This document shows, in pieces, positions 49,033-62,835 of a DNA stretch of 64,000 nt. The stretch comes from Anolis carolinensis (Eukaryota), in NCBI RefSeq assembly GCF_035594765.1, contig NC_085841.1, forward strand, positions 316,395,402 through 316,459,401, read 5' to 3'. Numbering within the stretch: the first letter of the stretch is position 1; the number at the start of each line of letters is the position of its first letter. The position numbers and the translations under genes are program-made. The notes beneath the pieces are model-generated. The model was given only the letters and a program-made list of their open reading frames with translations. It searched no databases and had not been told where the DNA came from.

Positions 49033-50195
49033 CAGCCAGTCCCTGGCTTACAAATAAGATTGGTTCTGTATGTTTGTTCTTAAGTTGAATTAGTATATAA
49101 GTCAGAACAGGTACATTTAAGTGTAACTCCAGCCAAGTATGTGTGTGTGTGTGTGTGTGTGTATCAGCTTTGGTTAGCATAAGGAAGGGTTAACACCTAT
49201 GTGGCATTTGTTTTACTGCCTGTGTTCCTGTTCAGAAGATTTTAAGTCACTTTCTGTCCCTGTGACAACTGGATTTAAAAAATGTGGGTTGTTGTGGAAA
49301 CAAGAATTGGTGGTCAAGCTTCAGTAGAGACACCTTGTTCCCATGATAACTCTACATGAATAAATTTCCTTTCTTAGGGATAGATTTCCTCTCAGGGCAC
49401 TTCCACACAGTACTTATAATTTGGGAGAGAACGGATTAAAAAGGGGGCTGGCCAGATGACGTTTGTACTAAATGCGTGCTCAATCGCAGCAATGGAGAAG
49501 AAACACATTTCAAAAAGTTCCTTTCGGTTCCAGGCTAAAATGCGGATTTTCCCATGACTCCGTGGCCCTGCAAGCCACAGAGTCATGGTCGGGATTTCCC
49601 TCTTTACCCCCTGTGGAGACTGTTTCCCGCCCCCCGTGCTGGTTTTAAAAATCCCGAAACAGCTGATCAGCTGTCCAGGCTCCCACGGAGACACAGCTGA
49701 TTTCCAGCTGGTTTCAGGAGAGAAGTGGAGGGCCATTAGAGGTCTCTGAAAGTATTTATTTTAAACTTTATAATATTAAATAAACAATTGGGGACAGAGG
49801 AAAATCTGGTAGCATTTAAAAAAATCCCAATGCACTGATCCATATATGCACACATAGGAATCTCTCCATATTTGTATTTGGATATTTGCATGTGCTCATA
49901 TAAGCATCAGCACATAATTGAGTGATTTTTTTTTAAAAAAAACTTCCAGCAAATGTCCCCCATCCACTGTTCATTTTATCCTGAGACACAGAAGGGCAGT
50001 GAGGATGGCAGGGGAAGAAACCCCGGGACCAGCAGGTCCGTATGGGGACCTGCTCTGAGGTCCCGAGTTTGTTTATCCCACATATTAATCCCATGTTTTT
50101 GCACTGTCTGGAAGTGCCCTCCCTTCCTGTTGTTTCATCCTTGTTCTTAACTAGGTGTTGGATGTGTCGGATGTTTGTAACTCATGTACTGCCTG
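49033..50195. mobile_element. Tigger/MER6-like MITE interrupted by a Harbinger-like element
   Basis: TA-cagccagtccctggcttacaaa start and tttgtaactcatgtactgcctg-TA end; host sequence agatttcctctca|cttcctgttg resumes after the insert. Confidence 0.65.
49395..50119. mobile_element. PIF/Harbinger-like non-autonomous element (nested)
   Basis: TIR gggcacttccacacagt / actgtctggaagtgccc; flanks TCA/TCC. Confidence 0.7.
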
Positions 50196-50489
50196 TATAT
50201 CAGGGATGTCTTGTACAATTCAGGTATTTAGGGGAGTATGGGCAGTGTGTGGAACATTTTCAGGAAAATTAATGTTTTCCAAAATTTGACTGGTGGGTCA
50301 TGAGGGCGGCATGTGGTCCATGAGGCACACTTTGTTCAGTCTTGTCTTATAGAGGTGTAATGTGCCATAGCTCTTTTCTATAATTCTGGGAGAACCTATA
50401 GGCAGAGTTTACTCTCTCCAGCCAAAGAGAATCATGCTTAAAGTTACAGTAATGGGAGAGACTTTGGGAGAGACTTTATAAACTATTTG

Positions 50490-51091
50490 CAGGGCCAGCC
50501 GGAGAAAATTTAAAATATTAAGCGGGGGTGGGGAAAAGCGCCCCCCCGCCGGCGCCGCGGGAGGCATAGCCACGCCTCCCGCGGCGCCGGTGGGCCCCGC
50601 CTCCCACACGCTGGCCCCGCCTCCCGCCCAGCGTCCCCTGGCCCTGCCTCCCACGCAGTGTGGGAGGCGGGGTCAGGGCTAGTAGCACGGGAGGTGGGGC
50701 CAAGGTTGGCCCCGCCTCCCGCGCTACACACCCTCGCCCGTCTGGCCTTTTCCAGCTGGCCAGACTGCAGCGGAGGTCCTGGAGGGCAAGGCCAGCCAGG
50801 CCACAAGGTCAGCTAGACCAGGGCACACTGGGCGGAAGGCGGGGCACCGTTAGGGCGGTGCCCCGCCTCACGCCCAGCTCAGATCGGCCATGTTGCCCTA
50901 AGTTGCTGGACGCAGGCGCAGATCGGCCAGCTGATCAGCGCCTGTGTCCAGCAACTTCAGCGCTTTGCAGTTTGGCATGGTGCGGCGGCAGCGGCGGTGC
51001 TACGGGGCGCTGTCGAGGCGTCGACAGTGCCCCCTAGCGGCGTGCGCCCGAGGCGGCAGCTTAACTGGCCTTATAGGTTAAACCGGCCCTG
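50490..51091. mobile_element. GC-rich hAT (Tip100-like) non-autonomous element
   Basis: TIR CAGGGCCAG / CCGGCCCTG, perfect 8-bp TSD ACTATTTG (50482-50489, 51092-51099), CpG-rich interior. Confidence 0.9.
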
Positions 51092-53322
51092 ACTATTTGT
51101 ATTTATAAATCTGGGAATAGACAGAAGACTATTCCACATTGTGGGTGCCATCAATACGCTAAGCAGCATGCTCAAAAATGACTGTGAGGTGGATTTCAGG
51201 AACATGTGTCAAGACTAAAACAACCTCTCCAGCTGATCTTAATAACCACTAGATGGGAGAAGCCAATCTCCCAGATAATCAGGTTCTAATTGGTTCAGGA
51301 TAAACCTAATCCATAATTAATCAGTTGAAAACATCAAGTGCCTACTTTGGGACCAAACTACAATCTATAATAAACATGATTTTGTTATGTAAGGGACACC
51401 ATTTGACTATGCCATTTGTATATAATGGGACTTGAGCATTCATGGATTTTAGAATCTTGGTCTTGGAGCCACAGAACCACTGTAGTAACTCAGATTGTAC
51501 CCACATTTTCTTCTGATACTGTTCTTTACGAATATGAAATTATAATGCCACATGCCATGGGAAATTCTTTCTCTATGTTGATATACAAGAGTTTCTATTG
51601 CTAAATTAATCCCGAGTATATAATGTAGGGCAAGAAAATGTGTGAAGTTTTAGCTATTGTTACACTACAAGTTCAGTCAACATACTAGACAGGATATTGT
51701 TTTAAACTGTATAGTTTTAATAACTCTTTAATATCTCTGTACTGTACTAGAGATCTGAAGTGTGTTCATAGTATAACTTGTTTAATTCTATTTTAATCTT
51801 CATTTTTTTAATCTTTTCTAACTGTTTTGCTGTTTTAAACTTGAGTTCCAATTCTGGGAGGCAAAGGAGATAAAATTAATATAATTATAATACTGATAGT
51901 GATAGGAGCTAGAGTCCAACAATGTCTGGAAGCTACAGATTCTTCACAAATGGCATAATAGTGCACCATACACACACACACACCCATTAGGATGTAAAAT
52001 TTTGATACAAGAGGGACATAGTTTAAGAAAGTTTAAGACAATGAACTCTTTTCTCTGCCTGGCCATTCTGTCTTTGTTCTAGTAAATTCCTATGTGGACC
52101 TTGAATCTGACTACTCACAACTCTTCTGGTATTCAGTGAGAAAAATACCAGTCATGCAGGAATTTTGTTCAAGCGGTTTCAGGTAGCCTGAGCTACCTAG
52201 TTTGATAACCTGTAATTCTGACCATATGTACTTCTTCTCATAAAAGGTAATAAATATAAGACTTGCTTTGTTCTGAAGTGAACCTCTATTATTCTTAAAT
52301 TATGGAATATTAAGGGTATTTTCAGTTTAAAATAAGATACTAGAGGGGGAAAGTTGTGCGACTTAACCTTGGTCCTAACTTTGGAGCATACCTACAATTT
52401 GTAGAGGCATCTCAGTGTAGTAGTTTCAAATGTCATATTGCCTGGTAGGAGGTATAGTCTGGAAAGATTTTGCCTCAAACTAGGCATGCCTAATGCGGTT
52501 TATGACAGCCTATGAATTTTCCTCCGAAAAGGGTCAGTCTGCAGGTCAGTGAATGCTATACAAATTGCACTCTACTTAAGCCTATAATTACCCCTATTAG
52601 ATGTTAATCTGCTGCCAAGTTAATCAAATAATGTATACTTTTAGAAATGTCTACGATAAGCTTGCTGTTTCACTGAAACTTAGACCCTGAATTTCTCCTA
52701 ACCTTTATTTTTTTTTTAAAAAGGAGGACCAAAAAAAATCCAAACTGCTCCACTTATTCTAATAATATCTAAGAATATCAGTTATGCTTTTATTTTAAGA
52801 ATTAAAATTAGAATTGGACACATTATAGTTGTAAATAAACTGATTGAAATTCTATTAATTTCACTGAGTAAATGAAACCCATGATTACCCTTTTCCTACT
52901 GAAATTACTGGAAGGTAAAGGTGTTTTACTTTGGGTAAACAATAGGCATAGATATTACTTCCTATCTTGCAAGATCATTTGCCCCCCCTCCCCTCCAAAG
53001 TATTCTGAAAATCATGGCTGTTTAGATTTATTTGCTTGAGTACTATTCCTAATGCCACGTGTAAATATATTCAAGTCCTTGTTTTCCACATATTGGATTC
53101 ATTGACATGTGGATAGGATTTTCTCTTATTACAGTGATGTGACTTTATGTAATAATTCAGGTTTATTCCAATATTATTAGAAACACAGAAAAAATAAATG
53201 AAAAGAAAGTTGATACAGTTGCAATTTAATTTGCAAATTTTGTCCTCCCCGCCCTCCCACCTTAACTTTACATTTTACATTTACATGGGCATTTAAGACT
53301 GACCCAATATTTTTATTTGCAG

Positions 53323-53410
53323 CTTATCAAATTGTTGGATGGAAAGAGATCACAAGCTGTTGGGATTTTGATATCCAGTTTACATTTGGAGATGAAGGAC
53401 ATACAACAAG
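53323..53410 (+). CDS. FMN1: Formin-1 FH2 exon: [29 protein letters not shown]
   Basis: ttttatttgcag acceptor, AAG/gtgaat donor; 88 nt, phase 0 to 1. Confidence 0.96.
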
Positions 53411-55027
53411 GTGAATGTTGTTTGCATTTTGATCACAGCATTATATATGGATATGCTTTTACAACATAGTCTCTCTTCCTTACATTAACTACATTGAAAA
53501 TGTTCTGATTCAAATTTTAAATGACACTGTGGCAGAGCCTGACAATCCACCAATGCAGTTCTTTAGCCCTCTACGCCCATGAAAGGCGACTTCCTGGTAT
53601 CTATGCCCAGCTCTGCAGATATATAGTGACCATAGTAACCAGTGGAAGGTTGGAGTGGCCAAGTGGATGCATGGGTGGGGGTGCTTGGACAGCATATGGC
53701 TTCTATTTTGCAGCTGGAAGGAAAGAACGGGTATTAGCATCCTAGTAATTACTCTTTTCTCCTGACCACATAACTGCTAGATGCTGCTTCAGTGCCCTCT
53801 GCCTTTCCTTAGTCATTAAGAGTCCATCCAAACTGAAAAAAATATTATATTCTGATTTCAATTTATCTACTATGTTTGCAGCCTATGGAATCCTGGGGCT
53901 TGTAGTTTGATGGGGTTCTAAATTCTGATTGAGAATTCCTAATTGCTTTCATAAAATGCCAAACCCAGGATTCCATTATATTTAATTGATGGAATGACAG
54001 CACTATCATTATATAGTGTGAAAGGACCCCTAAATAGCACTGGGAGCCTACATTGTTCTTATGAAGCTGCCTTCCGTGCTTTGTGTCATAAATCTGTAGA
54101 GTGATGAGATGTAACCGAAATAAATAATCTTGTGTGAGAGGCATTGCACAAGGGAGCATTGCATATCTCCATGCACAAGAATCTAAAAGCACATGACATC
54201 ATATTTAGAGCTTAGAAATTTTACTTACTGCAACTCTCAGAATATTTTCTTCTTCATATAAGAGGAATCCAGCAGGACTAGACCAAATAAGTTTCACTTG
54301 CTACATCTTATTTTCCCCAGCGCCTACTTCCAGAAAACTTGGAGCATAATGGCATTCAGTCTCTTGCACTGTCCCCTTTCACTACATCTCCATTGGCTCT
54401 AAACAGGAGGGTCCATTTAGCCGTCCCTACTCATACAGTAGCTTCTGCTTTCATACCTTCCTCATATCCATTTTAAAGCCTGCTAAGATCACTCGCTTAG
54501 GTAGCCTTTTACATGTATTAGAGAAAATAATGTTCATCACCACACAGTGTAGCAATGGATTTCATACCTAATTGTGCAGTGTATGGAGTCACATCTTTTG
54601 CTTGTCTGAACATCTGGGCCCAACTAATTTCCTTGTAAGATCCTGTTTTAGGGATCAGTTCTACTTCATTCTAAGAAAGCACCCTTGAACAGTTTTCCAT
54701 TTCTGTACATCTTTCCACAATCTTTACCATGATAAAACAGGCAGCTTCTGGGCAAAAAAAAAAATCCAATCCATGTCAGCCCACCACCACAACTATAAGA
54801 TGTCCTGCCAATGGTTATTGGTGTACTGGGGCTGAGAGCGATAATACTTCCAAAAAGTAAATATGTTAGCTCTGTTTGTGTGCTGTCTGTATGTGTAATT
54901 TAGCATCAGTCTCATATATGTTCCCTCAGATTACATTACTATAAAGGAAGATAGTTGGACTGAAAGATGAAGAACATATGTGTATCAGCGGCCTTTTACC
55001 AGGGCTGTCAACCAAACTAGCTCAGTA

Positions 55028-55101
55028 TTGGGTTACTGTGAGTTTATTATCTCCTGACGTTTCGCCCACATCTATGGCAGGCATCCTCAAAGGTTGTGAG
55101 G
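55028..55101 (-). mobile_element. Penelope-like terminal-repeat fragment with a minimal hammerhead ribozyme motif
   Basis: Minus strand CCT-TTGAGGA-T-GCCTGC-catagat-GTGGGC-GAAA-CGT-C-AGG. Confidence 0.65.
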
Positions 55102-58100
55102 TAGCCCAATATTTTTATGTATTGCTTGACAGCCACTCAAATAGTAATAGTCCCCAATCCCACATAGAGATTTCACTTGGGACTGAGCCCAGGACCTTTT
55201 GCCTACAAAAAACATGCTCTGTTGCTGAGCCATAGCAAACCTTTGTTCCCTGACACATACACAATAGATAAGCTGCTACCCGAAAGCAAACTGTGCCCAG
55301 GTTGGTGACTAAAAATAAAATAGTGTGAGGAAATTATTTTACAATGACCTTTGTGGTTATATTAATGTTTTGGAGCTTTTATACGTTATTATTTTCTTGA
55401 AGGCTGTCATATCTCCAGATATACAGGAATAAAAAGATCATGAAAGCAAACAGTAATAAAAATGTAGTGGTTCTTAAGGGTGCTGCAGGGTTTTCCCCCT
55501 GAGAGTGCTCTACCTTCAGGTATCTTTACAGACTTGACATGCTTCACAGTTTTCATATTGTCAAGTAGTGGTAGTGTATATAACTCTCTACATCTGGCAC
55601 ACAGATGTCTCAGTTTGCATTTGATTACTAGCCAACAAATTGAAGACTGCCACTTTGGTGGGAGGAATCATCCACAGATGTTTTAGATGATGGCAATATT
55701 TTCTGTTACAGAAAAAGGTAGTCTTTGCTGCCTAAAAGGCAGCAATATTAAGTAAGCAAAATATTCCTGGGAAGTTGACATGTAAAATTCCTGTTTGATG
55801 TGTCATATTGATAGGAAAACGTGTTAAAAATGTTTCTGTGTCTGATTAATATAGAAGTTGTATCTCATGAAATGTAATACAAAGAAATTTGTCTGAAGTT
55901 GCTTGGATTGCTGATTTCTATTAAGATTTAAACAAAACAAAAGATACAGTAGTGGCACCTAGTGTTCTTACTCTGCATTAACCAATATTTGGGGTAGTTG
56001 GAATTCTGGGCCAGAATTCAAAGTATCCCCTGACTTTGGACCCATCCGAACAGTTGGTCTGGTTGTGGAACAAGCCACAACTGTTCTCACTGCCACCATG
56101 TGTCTCCTGTGCTCTGTCAACCCAGGGACATGAGATGGCACTTCACGTCTCTTCCCATCATCCATGTCGCAACAGTATCTGGCCGCAACATGGGTCCCAC
56201 CTGTCAGCCATTGTTTGCAGTGATGTCCTCCTCTCCCCCTCCCTCATTTGATGGTTGACCTATGTCATGGCCAGAGACCACTGCAACATGGAGGACTGGA
56301 GGGGATGGTAAGGGTGGCCATCCAGCAGAAAGAAGCAATGTTTGCTGCTACTGTGCAGTTGTGGCTAAGGGAGTTCCTGTCAGACCCATCCTAGGGCCGA
56401 TCCAGTGTTTTCTAAAAAAAAAAAAAAAAAAAAAAGGTGTGTGTGCTTTGCTGTCCCACAAGTTGTAATATACCTCTTAGTCATGCTGTTAGTTGCTATT
56501 GTAGAAATTCTAAAAGACAACTCAGAATTTGGGAAACAATTTCATTTAAAAGTTATTTCATTTGATAATGGTCATTTGCTCATGACTTCATGTGGCATTT
56601 GAGCTTATCTAACTTTTTTGAGCCCATGTTACATATACCTAGGCTGGTTTTCTGCCTCATAAATCTTACACCATTTTTGCACAACAGTTGAATGGAAGGA
56701 GTTTGGACACTAGGTATCTAAAATAAACACTCTCGATCTGTTAAAAGTTTTTGCCAACAGAGAATTTATCTTTGATGAGCAGAACTTGCCACTGGATTTT
56801 GTGGTGTAGTCTTTTAAAAAACAAATTGGCAATGTGCTCCTTCAATACCAAATAGCACGGTTGTCCTAGTTTGTAAATAGGGAAAAATACCTTTCATAAT
56901 TCTTCTAGAATGACTGCTTAGTTTATTTGTCATATACTTAGAAGCTGAGAGTGTATATATGTCCTAGCAGCTAATGCTTTTAGAAACAATATGTTATTTT
57001 TAAATTGTTAGAATTTATGCTAATTAAAAATCTATCTTATGTTAGATTTTTGGCGTCAGATCTTTTAAAACTGCAAAGTCCTACAGTTTTATTTATTTTC
57101 AAACCATTCCTCAAATCTTGTTAAGTTCTTCCTTTTTTTTCCACTGTTTTCATGAGAAAGTAGCAAGTTAAGAATAAATAATCTTTTTATTGTATATTAA
57201 CCAGTTTTTAAAGTAAAATAAGAAACCATTTATTCACATACTGTTGCCGCCTTCTATAATGGAGTTGGCAAGTATTTTTTATGTATGTTACTTAGTTTCA
57301 ACGCGTGATGTAGATCTGTTTTTTGTCCCTGTTGACGGTTATTATATCCTAATGGGTGCAACACTGTGCTAATTATCCTTATGTATATAAATTCTTCTTG
57401 TTGTGAGCAGACACCATAGGGTCACATAAAAATGTTTGCCTCAATTTCCCTACAAAAAAGGAGTTCAGAAACCAGACTTGTCCCAGTAACAGATTTTTAA
57501 AGGTAGAGGAACCCAATAAAATTACCAGCTTCGCACAGCATGTGTCTATTTCCTTTTGACATATTGAGAGGTGTAGCTGAGATATTCTAAGCAAATTGAC
57601 AGTGTGTGGAGGACAGCTCACTAAGATTAAATGTAAAAAAAATGAGATTTCAAGAGCTGTTCCAGAATCCAGTATCCAAATGCCCTAAACCTCAAACAAT
57701 AATTCCACCTTAGTGAATTCTGGCATACAGGTATATAATACAGAAGCTTTATTACAAATTCCTATCAAAGTTATGATTTTTATTTGACACCAAACAGCTG
57801 TACATCACTTTCTATTTTGAAAAAGGGCACTAAAATGACTCCTTAAGATACTTAGTGGGCAATTGCCTCAGGACTTGATCACATCCCACTGAAGGTATGA
57901 TGGCACTAACTTATTCCTACTGATACTACAATCCAAAAGAGTAATTCTATGAATCATTATGTTAGTTATAGGATCACTCTATTTGAGTCTTAAAATATGA
58001 ATCTTTCATTAATGCATATTCCCTGTTAGTAAATGGATTAACTGTATAATGTGAATGCTTAAAAAGTGGTCAAAAAGAGTGAAATTGCTCAAAAAGATGA

Positions 58101-58548
58101 GACTGAATACTTAAGGTTTCTTACTTACCTTTTTGGCAGTTTAGAGATTACATTTTAAACTCTTATTCCTTTTTATTTTAATACCATTATTATACATGTT
58201 TATATCTCTAATAGGATTACAAATTTTAGCCTCTTGCAAGTGTGAATGAAATGCCTTATCCTGGATGTGATGCATCCACAATAACACATAGGCAGGGTGG
58301 CCTAAGTACACCCAGGGAAGGTGAATACCCCCATAATAACCAGATACAGCTGTGTCTTTTATTGTTGTGCACCACCATGGGAACTCATAACTCATGGGAA
58401 CCGTATCACATGGTTTTCTTTGCAAGGTTTGCATTTGTCTATTCTGAGGCTGAGAGAATGTGACCTGCTCAAGCTCACCCAGTGGGTTTCTGTAGCTGAA
58501 GAAAGATTTGGTCTCCAAGGTCATAATTTAATATCCAAACTACTATAT

Positions 58549-58683
58549 CAGTGTTTCTCAAACTGTGTTCCTACAGGTGTTTTGGACTTCAATTCCCATA
58601 AATCCTAACACCTGGGAAACTGGCTGGGATTTCTGGGAGCTGAAGTCCAAAACAACTGGAGGAGCACAGTTTGAGAACCTCTG
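58549..58683. mobile_element. hAT-superfamily MITE
   Basis: cagtgtttctcaaactgtg...cacagtttgagaacctctg; core similar to 27030-27163; TSD degenerate. Confidence 0.75.
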
Positions 58684-58710
58684 CACAATACCATACTTGC
58701 TTCCAGTACA

Positions 58711-59405
58711 CAGAATCATATAATTGGGAGAGACCACATAGGCCATCTAGTCCATGCAAGAAAAGCACAACCAAAGGACCCCTGACAGATGACCATCCAG
58801 CCTCTGTTTAAAAGTTTCCAAAGAAGGAGCTTCCACCAGACTCCGAGACAGAGAATTCCTCTGCTGAACAGCTCTTACAGTCAGGAAGTTTTTCCTAATG
58901 TTCAGGTGGAATTTCCTTTCCTGTAATTTAAACCCATTACTTCAAGTCTTGGTTTCCAGGGCAGCAGAAAACAACCCTGCTTCCTCTTTCTTATGAAATC
59001 CTTTCACATATTTATTCATGGCTATCATGTCTCCTTTCAGCCTTCTCTTCTGCAGGCTAAACATACCCAGCTCTTTAAGAGGCTCCTCCTAGGGCATGGT
59101 CTCTTCTGGACATCTTTCATATTGTCAATATCTCTTTAAAACTGGACACACCAAAGCTGAATAGAGAGGCACCATGACTTCTCTTGATCTAGACACTATC
59201 CCCTTTTTGATGCAGCTCAAAATCCCATTGGGTTTTTTAGCTTCTGCATCACACTGTTGGCTCATGTTCAACTGATTGTCCACAAAGACTCCAAGATTTT
59301 TTTTCACATGGATTGTTATCAAGCCAGGCATCACTCATTCTGTATCGTTGCATTTCATTTTTTCTGCCTAAGTGCAGTATCTTACACTTATCCATGTTGA
59401 AATGC
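58711..59405 (-). mobile_element. Older degenerate CR1 3' fragment
   Basis: Colinear with ~1770-2540 but with deletions and frameshifts ([32 protein letters not shown]). Confidence 0.9.
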
Positions 59406-62400
59406 AATTGTATCCTTGTATCTTTGGAAGTCTCTAAATACACAGTGTTACTCAAAATATTTTAAATAGTTTTTTTTAAAAAAAAACAACTGTTGAGTGC
59501 TCCAGTGTAACTGGCAATTACTTACTCAGTTTCTCTTCACTGTACAGTGTTTAGATTTCTTTTTGAACCAACTAACCATTGAATACACAATAATCTGACA
59601 GAATAAAGAACAATGTTTTTAATATATGCCAGAATGCCTTCACATTACAAAGCTAACACTTAAAATCAGAACAATTCAAGGTACTGGTGTTTTTTAGGAA
59701 GGGCGCATTGTATTCATGAAAGGGAACAGAATAAAACTAATTTCTTACCCCTCATCTCCCCAGCATCCCCATGAGCTTTCCCTAAATATTCACCCAAGAT
59801 TTGGGGAAGTCAGCTGAATGAGATGTGCTGTAGTAATAAGTAATAAAGAAAGATAAAAGAAAATCAGGTGAGGCATTTGCCCCAGCAGGACATACTAAAT
59901 CATCAATTAAATATACAGAGAGCTTCGTAACAGAATGTACAGCCAGTGTGGGTAAAGAGGAAGATGCATGTAACATTTGATTTTTCAATATATAAAGATA
60001 GCATAATGTTGTTTGTGTGTTGGGCTAATAGTCCAAGAGAACAGGGTTCAGATCCCCCCTCAGCAGCGGAAACCTGCTAATGTTGGATACCATCCCAGCC
60101 ACAGATGATGGCAACAAAACCCTCCTCTGAAAGAAAACCTGTCAAGAAAACCCCGTAATACAGTTCTCCATAACTCAGAAACAACTTGAAGGCACACCAT
60201 CACAGCAAGGACATATCCAGTATTCTGTTAGGCAAACATACAGTATACATTGTATAGTTGCTAATGTCAGGGGGTTTGATTAGCTTTATTCGTCTGACAC
60301 ATTACAAAACACAATACTACACTATATTTATGAAAACTGATCAAAGGCAACTGGAGCAGCAGGAAGTCCACACCCACCCCTGTTTGATAGTGCGTCTGTA
60401 TATAGCATTACCCTAGACCGCCGTTTATGAGTAATAAGAGTTTTCACTCAATTTCCAAATACTACAAAAGAGAATTCAGGAGGAGAGGAAGACTCCCATG
60501 AACACAATTCAATGCACTACATGTAATATGCTTACCCATTTTCTATAAAAAGTGATGCAGTAGTCCTCCATAGTTTCATATTGTAAGGAACCATCTTTGA
60601 ATGCTTTTGCCTCACTACTTCTACTCAAGCATACGAAATCTGATACGTGCATCCTCCTAGCCCAAGGTCTTCTATACTCATGACAATATGAAGGCAGTTT
60701 CTTATGTAAAAAAAAAGTTTGCACAAGGAAAGGTGAACTGAAATATATGAGAAGTTTTCTTCAAATAGGAACTACGGTTTCACCTTGAAGCATTCAGGGA
60801 ATTCTGCATTTGACAGTAATGCACATTATTACTAAGTGACATGATCAAATATATTTTCTTAGTTGGTAAGAAAACATAGGTAACTTAAATGTGTCATTCA
60901 TAACATTTACTTCTTCTCGATTTCTTACTATTGCTTTCAAATCACAAGCAGAATCATAACTGACAGACAAAATTTTAAAGCATTCTAAATGTCACTGGAC
61001 CTTTTAATAGAATTAATTAGCCTGCCACAGAGAAAATTTACTGCCCTGCTGGTTAATTTCACCAAGTAAAATCATGGGGTTAGAGGTAGAAGGAGAGAAA
61101 CCTTATTACTTTTAAATAATTATTTAAAGATGTGTGTCTTGCCTATTTCAAACTTCATAGGCAGGGGAGGGATAACTCAGCAAGAGCCTTTAAAATCTTA
61201 AATTGTGACTGGTCACATCTCCTTTTATAGGTAAGGAAGTCTACACTGCTGAAATTAAAAGATATCATATACCAGCTATTAAACATTCATGGACACACAA
61301 GAATCAGTGGGGCCCTAAGAGTTAATATTCTTACTATGACTTTAACTGAAATAAATAATTAACATTTAGGATACAAAGGTGAACTGAAATTATATGCCTG
61401 GCAATAGGTCTTGATAAAATAGCATCCCCCTCCCCGAAGAAATTAAACCCCCTCAGACATTCTACTGTATTACATACAAAATCTTAAAATTTTTTGGTAG
61501 TTATTCATTTTGGAAATACCCTAAGATTTTAATTCCAAATTAACATTTTAAAATAATACAAATACATCACCTAAAATTCAAATGGAAAATGCTTTAATAG
61601 TTATTTTATACTGTGATATTATGATTATAGTGTTATCTCATCAATCTCTGGCAATTCGAAGAAGAGTAAACGAGTGATGGATAAAATACTAGCTGTATGG
61701 CATACTGAAACAGATTCTCACAGTTTCTTGGGTTCCCTTGCCCCATATATTTCTGAATATCTTTGTTGTGGGAGGTGATATATGTAGGAATTATCACTTA
61801 AATTAGAAATAGCTGGTCTACCTCCATATAATACTAAAGCTGAAGTCCTAAGCATTCTTTCAAGGGCAAAGCTTCCTTGTGACTCCATAGCACACACTTC
61901 CATATATTTATTTCCAGTTTATAAATCTAACAAACCCAGTAAGTACAGTCATAAAGACAGAGGATGGACATTCAGAAAGATGCCAGTAATTTAAAAATGT
62001 AATGTTGAAGGCACCTACTCTCTCTCATATATACTTACTGTACTGTCCTCTAAATATCTTCCTCCAAAGCGTTTACTTCAAGTTCTCTCTTTGTCTACAT
62101 TGGTGATAGTTATCTGTTACAGAGTCTTGTATAGCAGTGGAACCACATTTCTGGAAATCCCTCTAAGAGAAAAATTAGGCTCCAGTTGAAGATGGTTCTT
62201 TTTCAGGTGGCCTTGTGACCTCTGACTTTTCAGTGGCATCTCCATCGTAGAATTAATGCAGTTTGACACCACTTTAACTACCATGACACAATGTTATAGA
62301 ATCCTAGGAGTTGTAGTTTTACAGTCCTCAGTCTTCTCTACCAAAGAGTGCTACTTTCTCACCAAACTACAAATCCCACGATTCCATTAGCATTGAACCA

Positions 62401-62674
62401 TTGCAGGTAAAGTGGTGTCAAGCTGCATTCAAGTGCAAATTTTGGTTGTATACATCTGCATTAATTATTCTCTGTCTTGATGTTGAAAACTGTGGCTGGC
62501 CCAATATATTGTTTGCACTCCAGTAGTTTTATGCCTGACTGTGTTTCACGTCAGATGTAGATGAAATATTCAAGTAAAAGGGAGAATGCTTCCTCTATTC
62601 TTATTGTTGTTTTTTCTATTCATGGCAACAGCAAACCAAGTTAACATTAGCATGTTATTCTGTCTTTTCTACAG

Positions 62675-62736
62675 CTGTACTAAATGTGGATGATTCAATA
62701 GTTGACCTAGAAATACTGGAAGCATTGTATGAGAAT
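62675..62736 (+). CDS. FMN1: Formin-1 FH2 exon: (A)VLNVDDSIVDLEILEALYEN
   Basis: tcttttctacag acceptor, AAT/gtaagt donor; 62 nt, phase 1 to 0. Confidence 0.95.
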
Positions 62737-62835
62737 GTAAGTATCAAAGGATCACTGCTATTCTTAGTTCACAGATAAAAGTGTCATGTAAAAACGCATT
62801 CCATATTCAGTGTCCTTTATTCTCTTTATCTAAAG

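Noticed and set aside
8665-62674. Grem1 limb enhancers within FMN1 introns
   Set aside because: Cannot be identified without cross-species alignment; the known mouse elements lie toward the 3' exons, probably beyond this window.
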